Shown one piece after another: positions 55,925 to 64,000 of a stretch of 64,000 bases of DNA. Source of the DNA: Polyangiaceae bacterium. Lineage in GTDB: Bacteria > Myxococcota_A > Polyangia > Polyangiales > Polyangiaceae. Numbering within the stretch: the stretch's first letter is position 1; each line of letters opens with the position of its first letter. The notes beneath the pieces are model-generated. The model worked only from the letters and a program-made list of their open reading frames with translations. It did not search any database and was not told the origin of the DNA. A program made the position numbers and the translations under genes. The stretch lies in NCBI GenBank assembly GCA_965222375.1, contig CBDCTZ010000016.1:1280001-1344000 (forward strand), written 5' to 3'.

Positions 55925-56044
55925 ACCAAGTCCAGCTGAAGGAAGGGGCCCGCGGTTGGGCCCCTCGTAACTTTGTGCCAGCGAGAAAGCGGTCTCTGGT
56001 TGGTGTCGCCGCCGATGCTGGGGCCGAACTGCTAGCGTCTAGCC

Positions 56045-56470
56045 ATGAGTCTAATTGCCCGCGCAGAGTGCAGCGTACCCGGTGCTCCCGAGTCCGTTGT
56101 TCGTCGACTTCCGCAACTGGCCCTACTTCATGCCAGCGCAATTCCGACCCATGTCGGGCCCTCAGCGCGCACTGCGGGCGGGAGATCGTCTGCGCATTCG
56201 AATCGACACGGGGTTTGCACGTTTGCCCACGCTCGTCGATGTCTTCAGCGTTGACGAGCCCGAGGAAGTCGTCTGGGGCGGTGGGAACGCCTTGCTCCAT
56301 GCACGCCACCGCTTCCGCTTCGAGGCCGTCGGCAACCAAACGCGCATCCCGACGAGGTCTGGACCGGACTGCTGGCTCGCCTTGGAGGGCCGGCTCGACG
56401 CATCAAGCATCAAGCCGAAGTCATCGGCCAGGCCCAGCTCGATGGCTTCGCCCGTTGGCTGCGCAGCTAG
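56045..56470 (+). pseudogene. SRPBCC/polyketide-cyclase family gene with two frameshifts
   Basis: MSLIARAECSVPGAPESV / LFVDFRNWPYFMP...VVWGGG...RHRFRFEAVGNQTRI / DEVWTGLLA...LDGFARWLRS*. Confidence 0.7.
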
Positions 56471-57160
56471 CTACCAGCTCTCGCTTTGAGGTCGTAGGTC
56501 GATCTCGAAGGAGCGGGCGGAGGCCGGCTGCTGAGTTAGGTACCACGCGGCGTCTGCAATGTGCGCCGGGTGCAACTGCTCGGTGGCTTTGTCGGGTAGC
56601 ATTTCGGCGCTACCGATCCCGCCGTCGATGATCATCAGCGAGACATGGATACCCTCCGGGGCAAACTGGCGCGCCATGGATTGTGCAAGGCTACGCTGCG
56701 CGGCCTTGGCCGCAGCGAACGCAGATGTTTTGGGCTTGCCACGTAGAGACGCGGTGGCACCCACAAAGACGATGTTGCCCTGCTTCTTCTTGCGCATCGC
56801 AGGCAAGACCTCTTGAGCCGCTAGCAACGCTCCCAGGGCATTGATGCGCCAACTGCGTTCGAATTCAGCAGCCGTGACTTCGTCGACGCTTTTGAACACC
56901 CCGGACCCGGCATTGTAGATGAGCACTTCTGGGTCGCCGAGGTCCCTGCGTACTTCACCAAACGCTCGGGCAACCGCCGTGCCGTCCGTCACATCGCAAG
57001 CGTAGGCCTTTGCGCGGGGAAGCTCTGCGGCCAACGTTGCAGACAGATCCGTCGAGCGCGAAAGCATTGCAACGCTATAGCCGGCCTCTGCGAAGCGACG
57101 TACGAATGCCGCACCGTTCTTGGGTCCGATCCCCACCACCACACATACCGGATTTGACAT
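56471..57160 (-). CDS. Short-chain dehydrogenase/reductase
   Basis: VVGIGPKNG, LIYNAG, GATASLRG, FAAAK, GIHVS. Confidence 0.92.
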   Translation of the reverse strand: MSNPVCVVVGIGPKNGAAFVRRFAEAGYSVAMLSRSTDLSATLAAELPRAKAYACDVTDGTAVARAFGEVRRDLGDPEVLIYNAGSGVFKSVDEVTAAEFERSWRINALGALLAAQEVLPAMRKKKQGNIVFVGATASLRGKPKTSAFAAAKAAQRSLAQSMARQFAPEGIHVSLMIIDGGIGSAEMLPDKATEQLHPAHIADAAWYLTQQPASARSFEIDLRPQSESW

Positions 57161-57266
57161 TCACCATGCATCGGACTGCCAAGCGGCGACGTCAATGCGC
57201 CGCGCTGCGACGTAGCACGTGGCCGGCGCAATTGGCCGTTGGGCCCGCTCGTAGCGGAGGCAAGGT

Positions 57267-58007
57267 TCAATTTGCCTCGCCGCAGCGAGCCAGCAGGGAT
57301 CGAACCCGTTGCCCCAAGGCGCTCTTCGCGTGCCTTCGGAGAAAACCTGTTCCGAGGGATCGAGCTTGGCCGCAATTACCCTGTGCGATGTGCGCCTCGA
57401 TGCGTACCAACAAGGCCTCCTGTCCAAAGCGGCCTCTTGGGTAGTCCCGGGCATAGCGATCCAGCGCGACGAGTGCGGCGGCAGCGTCGCCGGCGCTCAA
57501 CCGACCCCGTGCAGCATCGATCCGCGCGAGTTCTCGCGACAGGCTCGTTGGAGCTTCCGTTGCGCGTTTGGCTTGCCCCATCGGCGCTGATGGCACTGCT
57601 TGCGTGTTGCGCTGGCCTGGGGCCGGCGGTGCAGCCTCCACGATGGCCGGTTCCGAGGGCGGCGGCTGCGCAGTCCGCGCCACCTTCCGACTTGGCGTGA
57701 CGCCGCGGGGGGCCGACGTTGCTTCCGGGACGTCAGTTTGCGACACGAGCGGCGCGACCGCGTGTGCCGCCCCCATGGTCAGCATGCCACCCGTAGCGCC
57801 GATCCCCAGCCACTTGAGCCAGAAGCCCGTGGTCGAAGCGGCTGCGGCCGAACCCGTGCCGCTCACGGCAGTTGCCGCAGCGGCCACGCCGACTGTGGCG
57901 AGGGCGCGTTGCATCGAGGCTGAATCAGGCGCGTCTTGGCGCCCTGCGGCCAGTAGCGAGTGTGCAAGCCCGTCCCGGGTATCGATAAGGCGTTCGGGAT
58001 CGCTCAC
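57267..58007 (-). CDS. Putative anti-sigma factor with TM helix and C-terminal TPR-like domain
   Basis: Coupled to ECF sigma (GTGA overlap); LSRELARIDAAR...LDRYARDYPRGRFGQEA. Confidence 0.78.
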   Translation of the reverse strand: MSDPERLIDTRDGLAHSLLAAGRQDAPDSASMQRALATVGVAAAATAVSGTGSAAAASTTGFWLKWLGIGATGGMLTMGAAHAVAPLVSQTDVPEATSAPRGVTPSRKVARTAQPPPSEPAIVEAAPPAPGQRNTQAVPSAPMGQAKRATEAPTSLSRELARIDAARGRLSAGDAAAALVALDRYARDYPRGRFGQEALLVRIEAHIAQGNCGQARSLGTGFLRRHAKSALGQRVRSLLARCGEAN

Positions 58008-58588
58008 GCTGCACCTCCGGTCATTCTCTGGTTCAACCGCTCGATACGTACATCGAATACCTCGCGAGCTCGGCGAAGGCGCGAGGCCACCGTGCCCGTA
58101 GATAACGCTAAGCTCTCTGCAATCTCGGCCATGGTGAAGCCGTCCAGCTCGAACAACACGAAGACTGCGCGCAAGTCGAGGGGCATGGCGGCGAGCACTC
58201 CGTCCAAGAGCTCCCGGGCGCGCATTTGTTCCGTCAAAGCATCAGGGCGCGCTCGGTCATCGGCTAGTTCGTATAGAACCTCGTCGGGGACTTCACTGCG
58301 GCGCGCACGTGCGCGACGTGCGTCCGATGCCACACGGTACGTTGTTGCCATGATGAAGGCGCGCTCACTGCCAATCTTGATGTCGGACAGTCGTCGAGCG
58401 GCAATCCAGATCACCTCCTGAACGACGTCGTCCACATCGCATTCGGGCACGCCCAGCCGTCGAGCAAACCTCCACATTGACTGGAAGTTGCCCTGCACCA
58501 TGCCCCGCAGACGTGCCTCCTCCGAGGTGGTTGAGGGCTCCGCGCGGGGCATGACCTCCGCGCTCATGGTGACAGTCTGGGCCAACAC
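58004..58588 (-). CDS. ECF-type RNA polymerase sigma factor
   Basis: DVDDVVQEV, RAVFVLFELDGFTMAEIAESLALSTGTVASRLRRAR. Confidence 0.93.
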   Translation of the reverse strand: MLAQTVTMSAEVMPRAEPSTTSEEARLRGMVQGNFQSMWRFARRLGVPECDVDDVVQEVIWIAARRLSDIKIGSERAFIMATTYRVASDARRARARRSEVPDEVLYELADDRARPDALTEQMRARELLDGVLAAMPLDLRAVFVLFELDGFTMAEIAESLALSTGTVASRLRRAREVFDVRIERLNQRMTGGAA

Positions 58589-58622
58589 GTCGATGGCTCA
58601 TGGGCGGAAGTCATCGTTTTGA

Positions 58623-59675
58623 TCACAAAACTGCCAGCCCCACGGAGATGCCAGCCGAAAAGCTGAACAAAGGCACATCGTGAACCACCACCCGCGGTTG
58701 CTCGAAGACGAAGTCGTCTCGCGTCAGGTTCAACCAACCGGCTGCCTGGAATTCTGCATAGAAATCGCCGCCTAGCTGCGACGAAAGGAAGCCGCTCAGG
58801 CCACTGGCGAAAAAGGCCCGGGTGGCCGCGCCGGGTTTGGGCGCGTCACGGCCCTCGGCGCGTAGTGCCGCCCCTTGGAGGACCACGCAGCTGCCGGTCT
58901 CTAGGGCGTCGAGTAGCGCGAATCGATGGGGGCACAGATCGAGCTGTCCACCGATGACCCGGTAGTCGGCGAGCTCTCCCTCAGAACCGACAGTGCCCGT
59001 CTTTGCCGCGAAGAACCGCAGGGTGCCGCGGGGTTTCAGGCCGAAACTCGTGTCCGAGACCCGCAGGTGAGTGCCGGCTGCTGCCAGGGGCTTCGGGGTG
59101 ATGCCGGCAATGAGCGTGGCGTCCAGACCCAGGCCGATGCTCGTCGATGCCACTTTTCCTGGCGATGAGGGCAAACTTCTTCGCGGCGTGTCGAGCTGAG
59201 GGCCCTGGCTCTGTGGCTGCGGGGGGCGTTTGACCGGTGCGACCGCTGGCGCGGCCGCCGGCGTGGATTCCGGCCCTGGCGCGGGTGGGGGAGGCAACTC
59301 CCCAATCGGGGCCGTGGAAGCGTCCGGATCCACCGCCAGCGCAAGGACGAGTGCCAAGCCCGAGGCAACCTCGTCACAGTCGCGTCCGGTGATGACACGC
59401 TCGGAAGTCTCACCCTCGCCGCTGACGATTTCGAGCTTCCCGGTGAACTCGTCCTCGGAGCGCGAGAAAGCCACAGAAAACCTTCGCGCTCCATCGGCAC
59501 CGGCGAAGCGCACCTTGGAGGTGCGCGCACGGACCTCGTCGACGAATTGCGCTCGCGGCGGACACGACGCTCGAGTGGAGTAGCGAAGCACGATGGACTC
59601 GCTTTCGCCCCTCGCCTCCCACGAGAGAGTCATGCTGATGACTCCCACGAACACCTGTATCCACCTGCAGATCAT
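58623..59675 (-). CDS. Exported hypothetical protein, possibly outer-membrane beta-barrel C-terminus
   Basis: Signal peptide; CP..F..EV..R, DCDEVASGLALVLALAVDP, Pro linker, amphipathic beta strands. Confidence 0.72.
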   Translation of the reverse strand: MICRWIQVFVGVISMTLSWEARGESESIVLRYSTRASCPPRAQFVDEVRARTSKVRFAGADGARRFSVAFSRSEDEFTGKLEIVSGEGETSERVITGRDCDEVASGLALVLALAVDPDASTAPIGELPPPPAPGPESTPAAAPAVAPVKRPPQPQSQGPQLDTPRRSLPSSPGKVASTSIGLGLDATLIAGITPKPLAAAGTHLRVSDTSFGLKPRGTLRFFAAKTGTVGSEGELADYRVIGGQLDLCPHRFALLDALETGSCVVLQGAALRAEGRDAPKPGAATRAFFASGLSGFLSSQLGGDFYAEFQAAGWLNLTRDDFVFEQPRVVVHDVPLFSFSAGISVGLAVL

Positions 59676-59809
59676 GTTGTGTCGTGCCCCGCCTAGCGTT
59701 GCGCGCCGGCGTGCAGGCGTTCAATGCACTACGATATTTCCGGCCGTCAAAAAAGTTTGATCAATTTCCGTGGAGGGCACCATTAGCCGGCGCGAGGAGG
59801 ACAGAAACC

Positions 59810-61117
59810 ATGCGTTGTCAGCTTTTTTCCACATCCGTCTTGATCGCCCCCCTACTGGTTGCTTGTGGCAGCGACGTTCCCATTGGTTCAGGTCAGCAGA
59901 ACGCGACGGGCACTGGCGCATCCTCGGGGGCGTCCGGGGCTTCCGGCTCTGCTGGCTCGGCGGGGTCCGGTGCTCGACCGGGAGTGGGTGGAGCGGCGGG
60001 AGCAGCCGGCTTCGCCGGCGGCGGTGGGACTGCTGGTGCAGGCACTGGCGGCGCGAGCGGCGGCGCGGCGGGGACCGGTGCGACCGGAGGCGGTGGCGCC
60101 ACCGGGAAGTGCGTGAGCAATGCAACCGCCGTGCAGCGTGTCATTCCAGGAAAGAACCCACGCGACACGATGTTCGTTGGCAGCGCGCTCTACTTCAGCG
60201 AAACCGACCTGGCGGACAGCAAGATATCGAGAGTCCAGCTTCCTTCCGGAGCCCCGCAAGTGATTGGCTCCAAGGCCCTATACCCCGCTCAAGCCGAGGC
60301 GTTCGAGAGTGCTGATGCGATGGTGTCGGACGGGACGTCCGTGTACTGGCGGACCGAAGAGGGGGCCTACGTGTGGAAGATGCCCCTTGCTGGGGGGACG
60401 CCAGTGAAGGTCGCTAGCGTTGGCGGCTTGAACCCGACGTTTACCAACGGCGGCCTGCCCGGTGCCCTCGCCCTGAACGCGACACATCTATACTGGGTGC
60501 AAGGGCCGAACGACGTCGGTAGTATCGAGGTCGAATACGTGTTGTACGAGGCACCGCTTGCGGGCGGAACCCCAAAGAAGCTTGCGGCGTTTCAGAGCGA
60601 CACCAACGACATCACCAAGACCTTTCAGCCGATCTCCCTTAGGGCTGACGCCACAAACCTCTACTTCTCCCGGGTCAGTGGTGGAGCCACGGGTGTGCAT
60701 AGTCTGCCGCTTGCGGGCGGTCCGGTCGTGGAGTTCTTCGGTGCCGGCAACTGGATAGATCACAATGCGAGCGACGTGTTCACGGTTGGAGGCGCCTTCG
60801 TGTGGCGGCAAGCCAAGGTTGGCGGGAGCCCCGGCATAGTGTCGATGGGCCTCAATCCCAACGAGTACTCCCTGACGGCGCAGAGCGTGATCGTCTCCGG
60901 TAGCAGCGTCTACAGTGGCTACATGGCGACTCTGATTCAAGGGTCGAAGGCCCTGTTTGGCTGCGGTGTCGTGCTCAAGTCTCCGATCGCTGCGCAAGGC
61001 GTCACGCCGACCATCTTGTGGGAGGGCCAGGGCCGGCCCTTCGCGCTCTCGCAGTCGGCAGGTGCGCTTGCGATGGTCGACCTAGACAACGAGGAAGTCG
61101 TACTGCTCAATCCCTGA
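59810..61117 (+). CDS. Gly-linker lipoprotein with beta-propeller (DUF5050-like) domain
   Basis: GAGGAGG RBS; lipobox LLVAC; repeats DGTSVYW, NATHLYW, DATNLYF with PLAGG turns. Confidence 0.82.
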   Translation: MRCQLFSTSVLIAPLLVACGSDVPIGSGQQNATGTGASSGASGASGSAGSAGSGARPGVGGAAGAAGFAGGGGTAGAGTGGASGGAAGTGATGGGGATGKCVSNATAVQRVIPGKNPRDTMFVGSALYFSETDLADSKISRVQLPSGAPQVIGSKALYPAQAEAFESADAMVSDGTSVYWRTEEGAYVWKMPLAGGTPVKVASVGGLNPTFTNGGLPGALALNATHLYWVQGPNDVGSIEVEYVLYEAPLAGGTPKKLAAFQSDTNDITKTFQPISLRADATNLYFSRVSGGATGVHSLPLAGGPVVEFFGAGNWIDHNASDVFTVGGAFVWRQAKVGGSPGIVSMGLNPNEYSLTAQSVIVSGSSVYSGYMATLIQGSKALFGCGVVLKSPIAAQGVTPTILWEGQGRPFALSQSAGALAMVDLDNEEVVLLNP

Positions 61118-61180
61118 GTGTAGAGTGGAGTGCAAGTTCGCCGGGGCGTGACGAGCGCCCCGGCGCTCTCGCATCTATTC

Positions 61181-62959
61181 CTACAATCCGCTCACGCGCT
61201 TTGCGCGAAGTGTTTTGATCAACTGGTGCAGGAGTTCAGGATTTACCGGTTTCTGCAACACGACGCGATCCGTGGAGTCGAGAAAGGCCTGCGCACTGGC
61301 TGTGAACCCACCACCGGTGGTGAACGCCAAGCGGCTCACCAGCTGAGGGAACTCCTCTCGAATGCAGCGGTCCACTTCGATTCCCGTAATATCGGGCATC
61401 ATCAGATCGCAGAGGATCAGGTCGAAGCGCTCGCCATCGCGAAGGCGTTGCAGCGCGCCTGCACCACTGAGCTCGATGACGACCTGAGCCTCGGGTAGCA
61501 AGCGCTTCAGCCCTTTTGCCACCAACGGTTCATCGTCGACGATCAACACCCGTGCACCATCGGCCTGCCCAGGCCGGATAGATGATTGCGGCGCCGCGCT
61601 GTCTCGGACTTTCCCAGTCGCGCTCGCGAGGAGCACTCGGGCCACGGTTTTTCCCGGCTGGCTTTCGAGTTCCAGGGATCCCCCGAGGCGCTTGAGGATG
61701 TTGTCGCATAGCGCCAGGCCAATGCCCGTGCCCTCACCCGGAGCTTTGGTAGTGAAGAAAGGCTTGCGCACCTGCTCCAGCAATTCCGCTGGAATGCCCT
61801 CACCAGAGTCCGTGATGGTGACCATCACCTGGCTGTCCTCCTCTCCGACGTCGACTTCGATCTCGTGCTGGGAGGCGTGCCCTTCGGGAATGGCTTGCGC
61901 AGCGTTCAAGAGCAAATTGAGGAAGACCTGCATCAGTCGGGGTTCGTCACCCAGAGCCAGGCATTCCTGGTCAAAACGCGTCACGACGCGTGCCCGCGGT
62001 CGAATGTGCCCTTCCGCCATCTTCAGTGCAGCTCGCAAGGGCTTGTCTACGGCGACGGGTTCGATCTCGACTTGTTCGTCGCTCGGGCGGGCCCACTTGG
62101 ACAGTTCGGCGACAATTCCCGCGATCCGGTTGGCACCATCCGCGCTTTCGTCTAGCGCTTGGATGACCTCAGGATCGCTGCCTTCCAACTTGAGACGACA
62201 GAAGTGCAGATTGTTCGAAATGTACGCGAGCGGGTTGTTGATCTCGTGGGCGACGGAGGCCGCGACGCGCCCCATGGACGCAAAGCGCTCGGCTTTTGAT
62301 AGGCCCGCGTCGGCCTCTGCCTGGATGCGCGCCAACTCTGCCTCGCGGTGGCGCTGCTCTAGGGCGCGCAAGCTCTCTACAGACGCTGCCCGCTGGCGTT
62401 CGTACATCAGGCCCACGAGAAAGAGGACACCGTCGATGGTCAACAACACGATGTGATCGCGCAGGATCTCGAGGGGCGTGGCGGTGGACGGCTGAATCAA
62501 AGCGTATAGCCCGATCGCGCTCAGGCCGATGCCGTTGATCAAGGTCCAAGTCCCTCCCGCTCGCGCGCCACCAAATAATGTGATCCCAAGCGGAATGCTG
62601 GCGATGCCGACACTGGCGAGATTCAGCCCTGGGCCCTGGATCAGGATGATGTTGATGAAGCCGAGGAGCATCACCACGGCCACCGAGCTGTGAACCGCCG
62701 TGAGTACCTTGCCGCTGCGCCGCATCCAAAACGGCCCGAGGAAGGTCATGAGGGCCAGCGCGGCGTCAATCAACGCGACCGGGCTGGACTGAGCCACGCG
62801 GATCACGCCCATGATCATGAAAACCCCGGACATGAGGAACGAGGTTCGGGCGACGTTGCGGGCTCTCCAGCCCCACTGGGGATCGTCTGCAAGGCGCTTG
62901 GGCACGAACCCGTCCAGGGTTTTGTTCCAGCGCTCTGACAGAGTCCGCACCACGATCAC
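61181..62959 (-). CDS. Membrane-bound hybrid histidine kinase
   Basis: About 5-6 TM helices; HEINNPL, NLLLNA, DSGEGI, FFTTK, GTGIGL; REC LIVDDE..CDLMMP..KP. Confidence 0.93.
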   Translation of the reverse strand: MIVVRTLSERWNKTLDGFVPKRLADDPQWGWRARNVARTSFLMSGVFMIMGVIRVAQSSPVALIDAALALMTFLGPFWMRRSGKVLTAVHSSVAVVMLLGFINIILIQGPGLNLASVGIASIPLGITLFGGARAGGTWTLINGIGLSAIGLYALIQPSTATPLEILRDHIVLLTIDGVLFLVGLMYERQRAASVESLRALEQRHREAELARIQAEADAGLSKAERFASMGRVAASVAHEINNPLAYISNNLHFCRLKLEGSDPEVIQALDESADGANRIAGIVAELSKWARPSDEQVEIEPVAVDKPLRAALKMAEGHIRPRARVVTRFDQECLALGDEPRLMQVFLNLLLNAAQAIPEGHASQHEIEVDVGEEDSQVMVTITDSGEGIPAELLEQVRKPFFTTKAPGEGTGIGLALCDNILKRLGGSLELESQPGKTVARVLLASATGKVRDSAAPQSSIRPGQADGARVLIVDDEPLVAKGLKRLLPEAQVVIELSGAGALQRLRDGERFDLILCDLMMPDITGIEVDRCIREEFPQLVSRLAFTTGGGFTASAQAFLDSTDRVVLQKPVNPELLHQLIKTLRAKRVSGL

Positions 62960-63064
62960 ATAGAATAGCTCGTCTTGTCTTGGGAATGCAGATCAAAGAC
63001 AAGAACTGATGCCGCTGCGCACACCATTTGGGACATCCACTGACATGCACCCACGCGGCCCAAA

Positions 63065-63106
63065 GCGGGATTAGTGGCGCAGCGCGACCTCGCGACGCGA
63101 CCCCAA
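63065..63106 (+). repeat. Dispersed 42-bp bipartite motif, copy C
   Basis: GCGGGATTAG-23 nt-CGACCCCAA. Confidence 0.75.
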
Positions 63107-63139
63107 AAAACCAAAGAAACCCAGCACGGCGACAGGTGC

Positions 63140-64000
63140 TTACGGCTTGGTCGCGGCCTCCTTCTTGGGCTTCAAAACGCCGAGCACATACTGCCTCGGG
63201 TTTAGGTATTTCTTGGAGGCGGCTCGAACACGGTCCGAGCTGATTTTGTCGACCATGGGCTGGATGTCAGGAATCAGACGTGGGTCGTCACCGAACGCGT
63301 AGGCCTTCTCGAGTTTGCGGAGCCAAAAGCTATTCCGCTTCAGGTTGACTTGGTGCGCTTGCCTGCGTGCCTGTTTCGCCTTGTCGATGTAGTCCTGAGC
63401 TACGCCGTCCTTCTGTACTGACTTGATCTCGTCGAAAACAGCCTGCTTGAGCTGTTCGACCTTGTCGGGGGCACAGCCGAAGCTCACGTTGAAGCGGTAC
63501 TCTTGGCGAGGCCGGCGGCTGATGCCGCCGTGGACCCGTACTCCGTACACGCCACCCATGTCTTCTCTGAGAATTTGGCGCAGGCGAAAGCTCAGGGTTT
63601 CACTCAGCATGCGCATGTCGTTCTTGGTGTCGCGAGTCCAGCGCGCCCTGCCGTGAAAAGTGATCGACACCCTCGCTTTCGGCTCGCTGCCCTGCTCGAC
63701 GACTTTGGTTTTCACGCCCCGGGGCATATACACGCGCACATCCCGCCATTTTTCTTTGCGCTTCTTGCTTGGCAGGCTGCCCAAGTACGTTGCAGATAGC
63801 TTCTTCAAGCGATCTAGCTCGATATTGCCGACGAATACGAAAGTGAAGTCACCCGCATCAGCAAAGCGTTCTTTGTAGATGGCGAGGGCTCGGTCCAAAT
63901 TGACCTGCTCGATGACTTTGGGGGTGACGGGTCGGCGCCGCAGGTGGTTCTGCGTGGTGAAGATCAACAAGTCTTCAAAGAAAGCGCGCTCGGGCGAGAC
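63140..64000 (-). CDS. M16 zinc peptidase (PqqL-like), C-terminal part; 5' end outside the window
   Basis: RFADAGDFTFVFVGN, YLGSLP, LREDMGGVYGV, NSFWL. Confidence 0.88.
   Translation of the reverse strand, partial: VSPERAFFEDLLIFTTQNHLRRRPVTPKVIEQVNLDRALAIYKERFADAGDFTFVFVGNIELDRLKKLSATYLGSLPSKKRKEKWRDVRVYMPRGVKTKVVEQGSEPKARVSITFHGRARWTRDTKNDMRMLSETLSFRLRQILREDMGGVYGVRVHGGISRRPRQEYRFNVSFGCAPDKVEQLKQAVFDEIKSVQKDGVAQDYIDKAKQARRQAHQVNLKRNSFWLRKLEKAYAFGDDPRLIPDIQPMVDKISSDRVRAASKKYLNPRQYVLGVLKPKKEAATKP

Overview
High-GC bacterial chromosomal segment whose gene content points to a myxobacterium (Myxococcota, most like Polyangiaceae/Sorangium relatives; inferred, not searched). About 50 intact CDS: many Gly-linker/Cys-rich lipoproteins, three MYXO-CTERM-type surface enzymes, two Ser/Thr kinases, an FHA-sigma54 activator, two ECF sigma/anti-sigma pairs, two hybrid histidine kinases, an envelope glycosylation-type cluster (10.5-18.2 kb), aguB-aguA, a TreT-like GT4 and a Lys-type serA. 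There is one tRNA-Leu(TAG) with a duplicated 3' end, and several pseudogenes or gene fragments. I saw no CRISPR array, transposase, integrase or prophage gene. The main unexplained signals are: (1) a 42-bp bipartite intergenic motif, GCGRGATTAG-N23-CGACMMMAA, present four times with invariant spacing; (2) a translationally coupled pair of surface-anchored peptidoglycan hydrolases (SpoIID-like + M15 peptidase) sharing a Cys-rich stalk; (3) a short Cys-bracketed module shared by a kinase and an anti-sigma factor. All functional calls come from motif recognition by eye; start codons are best estimates.
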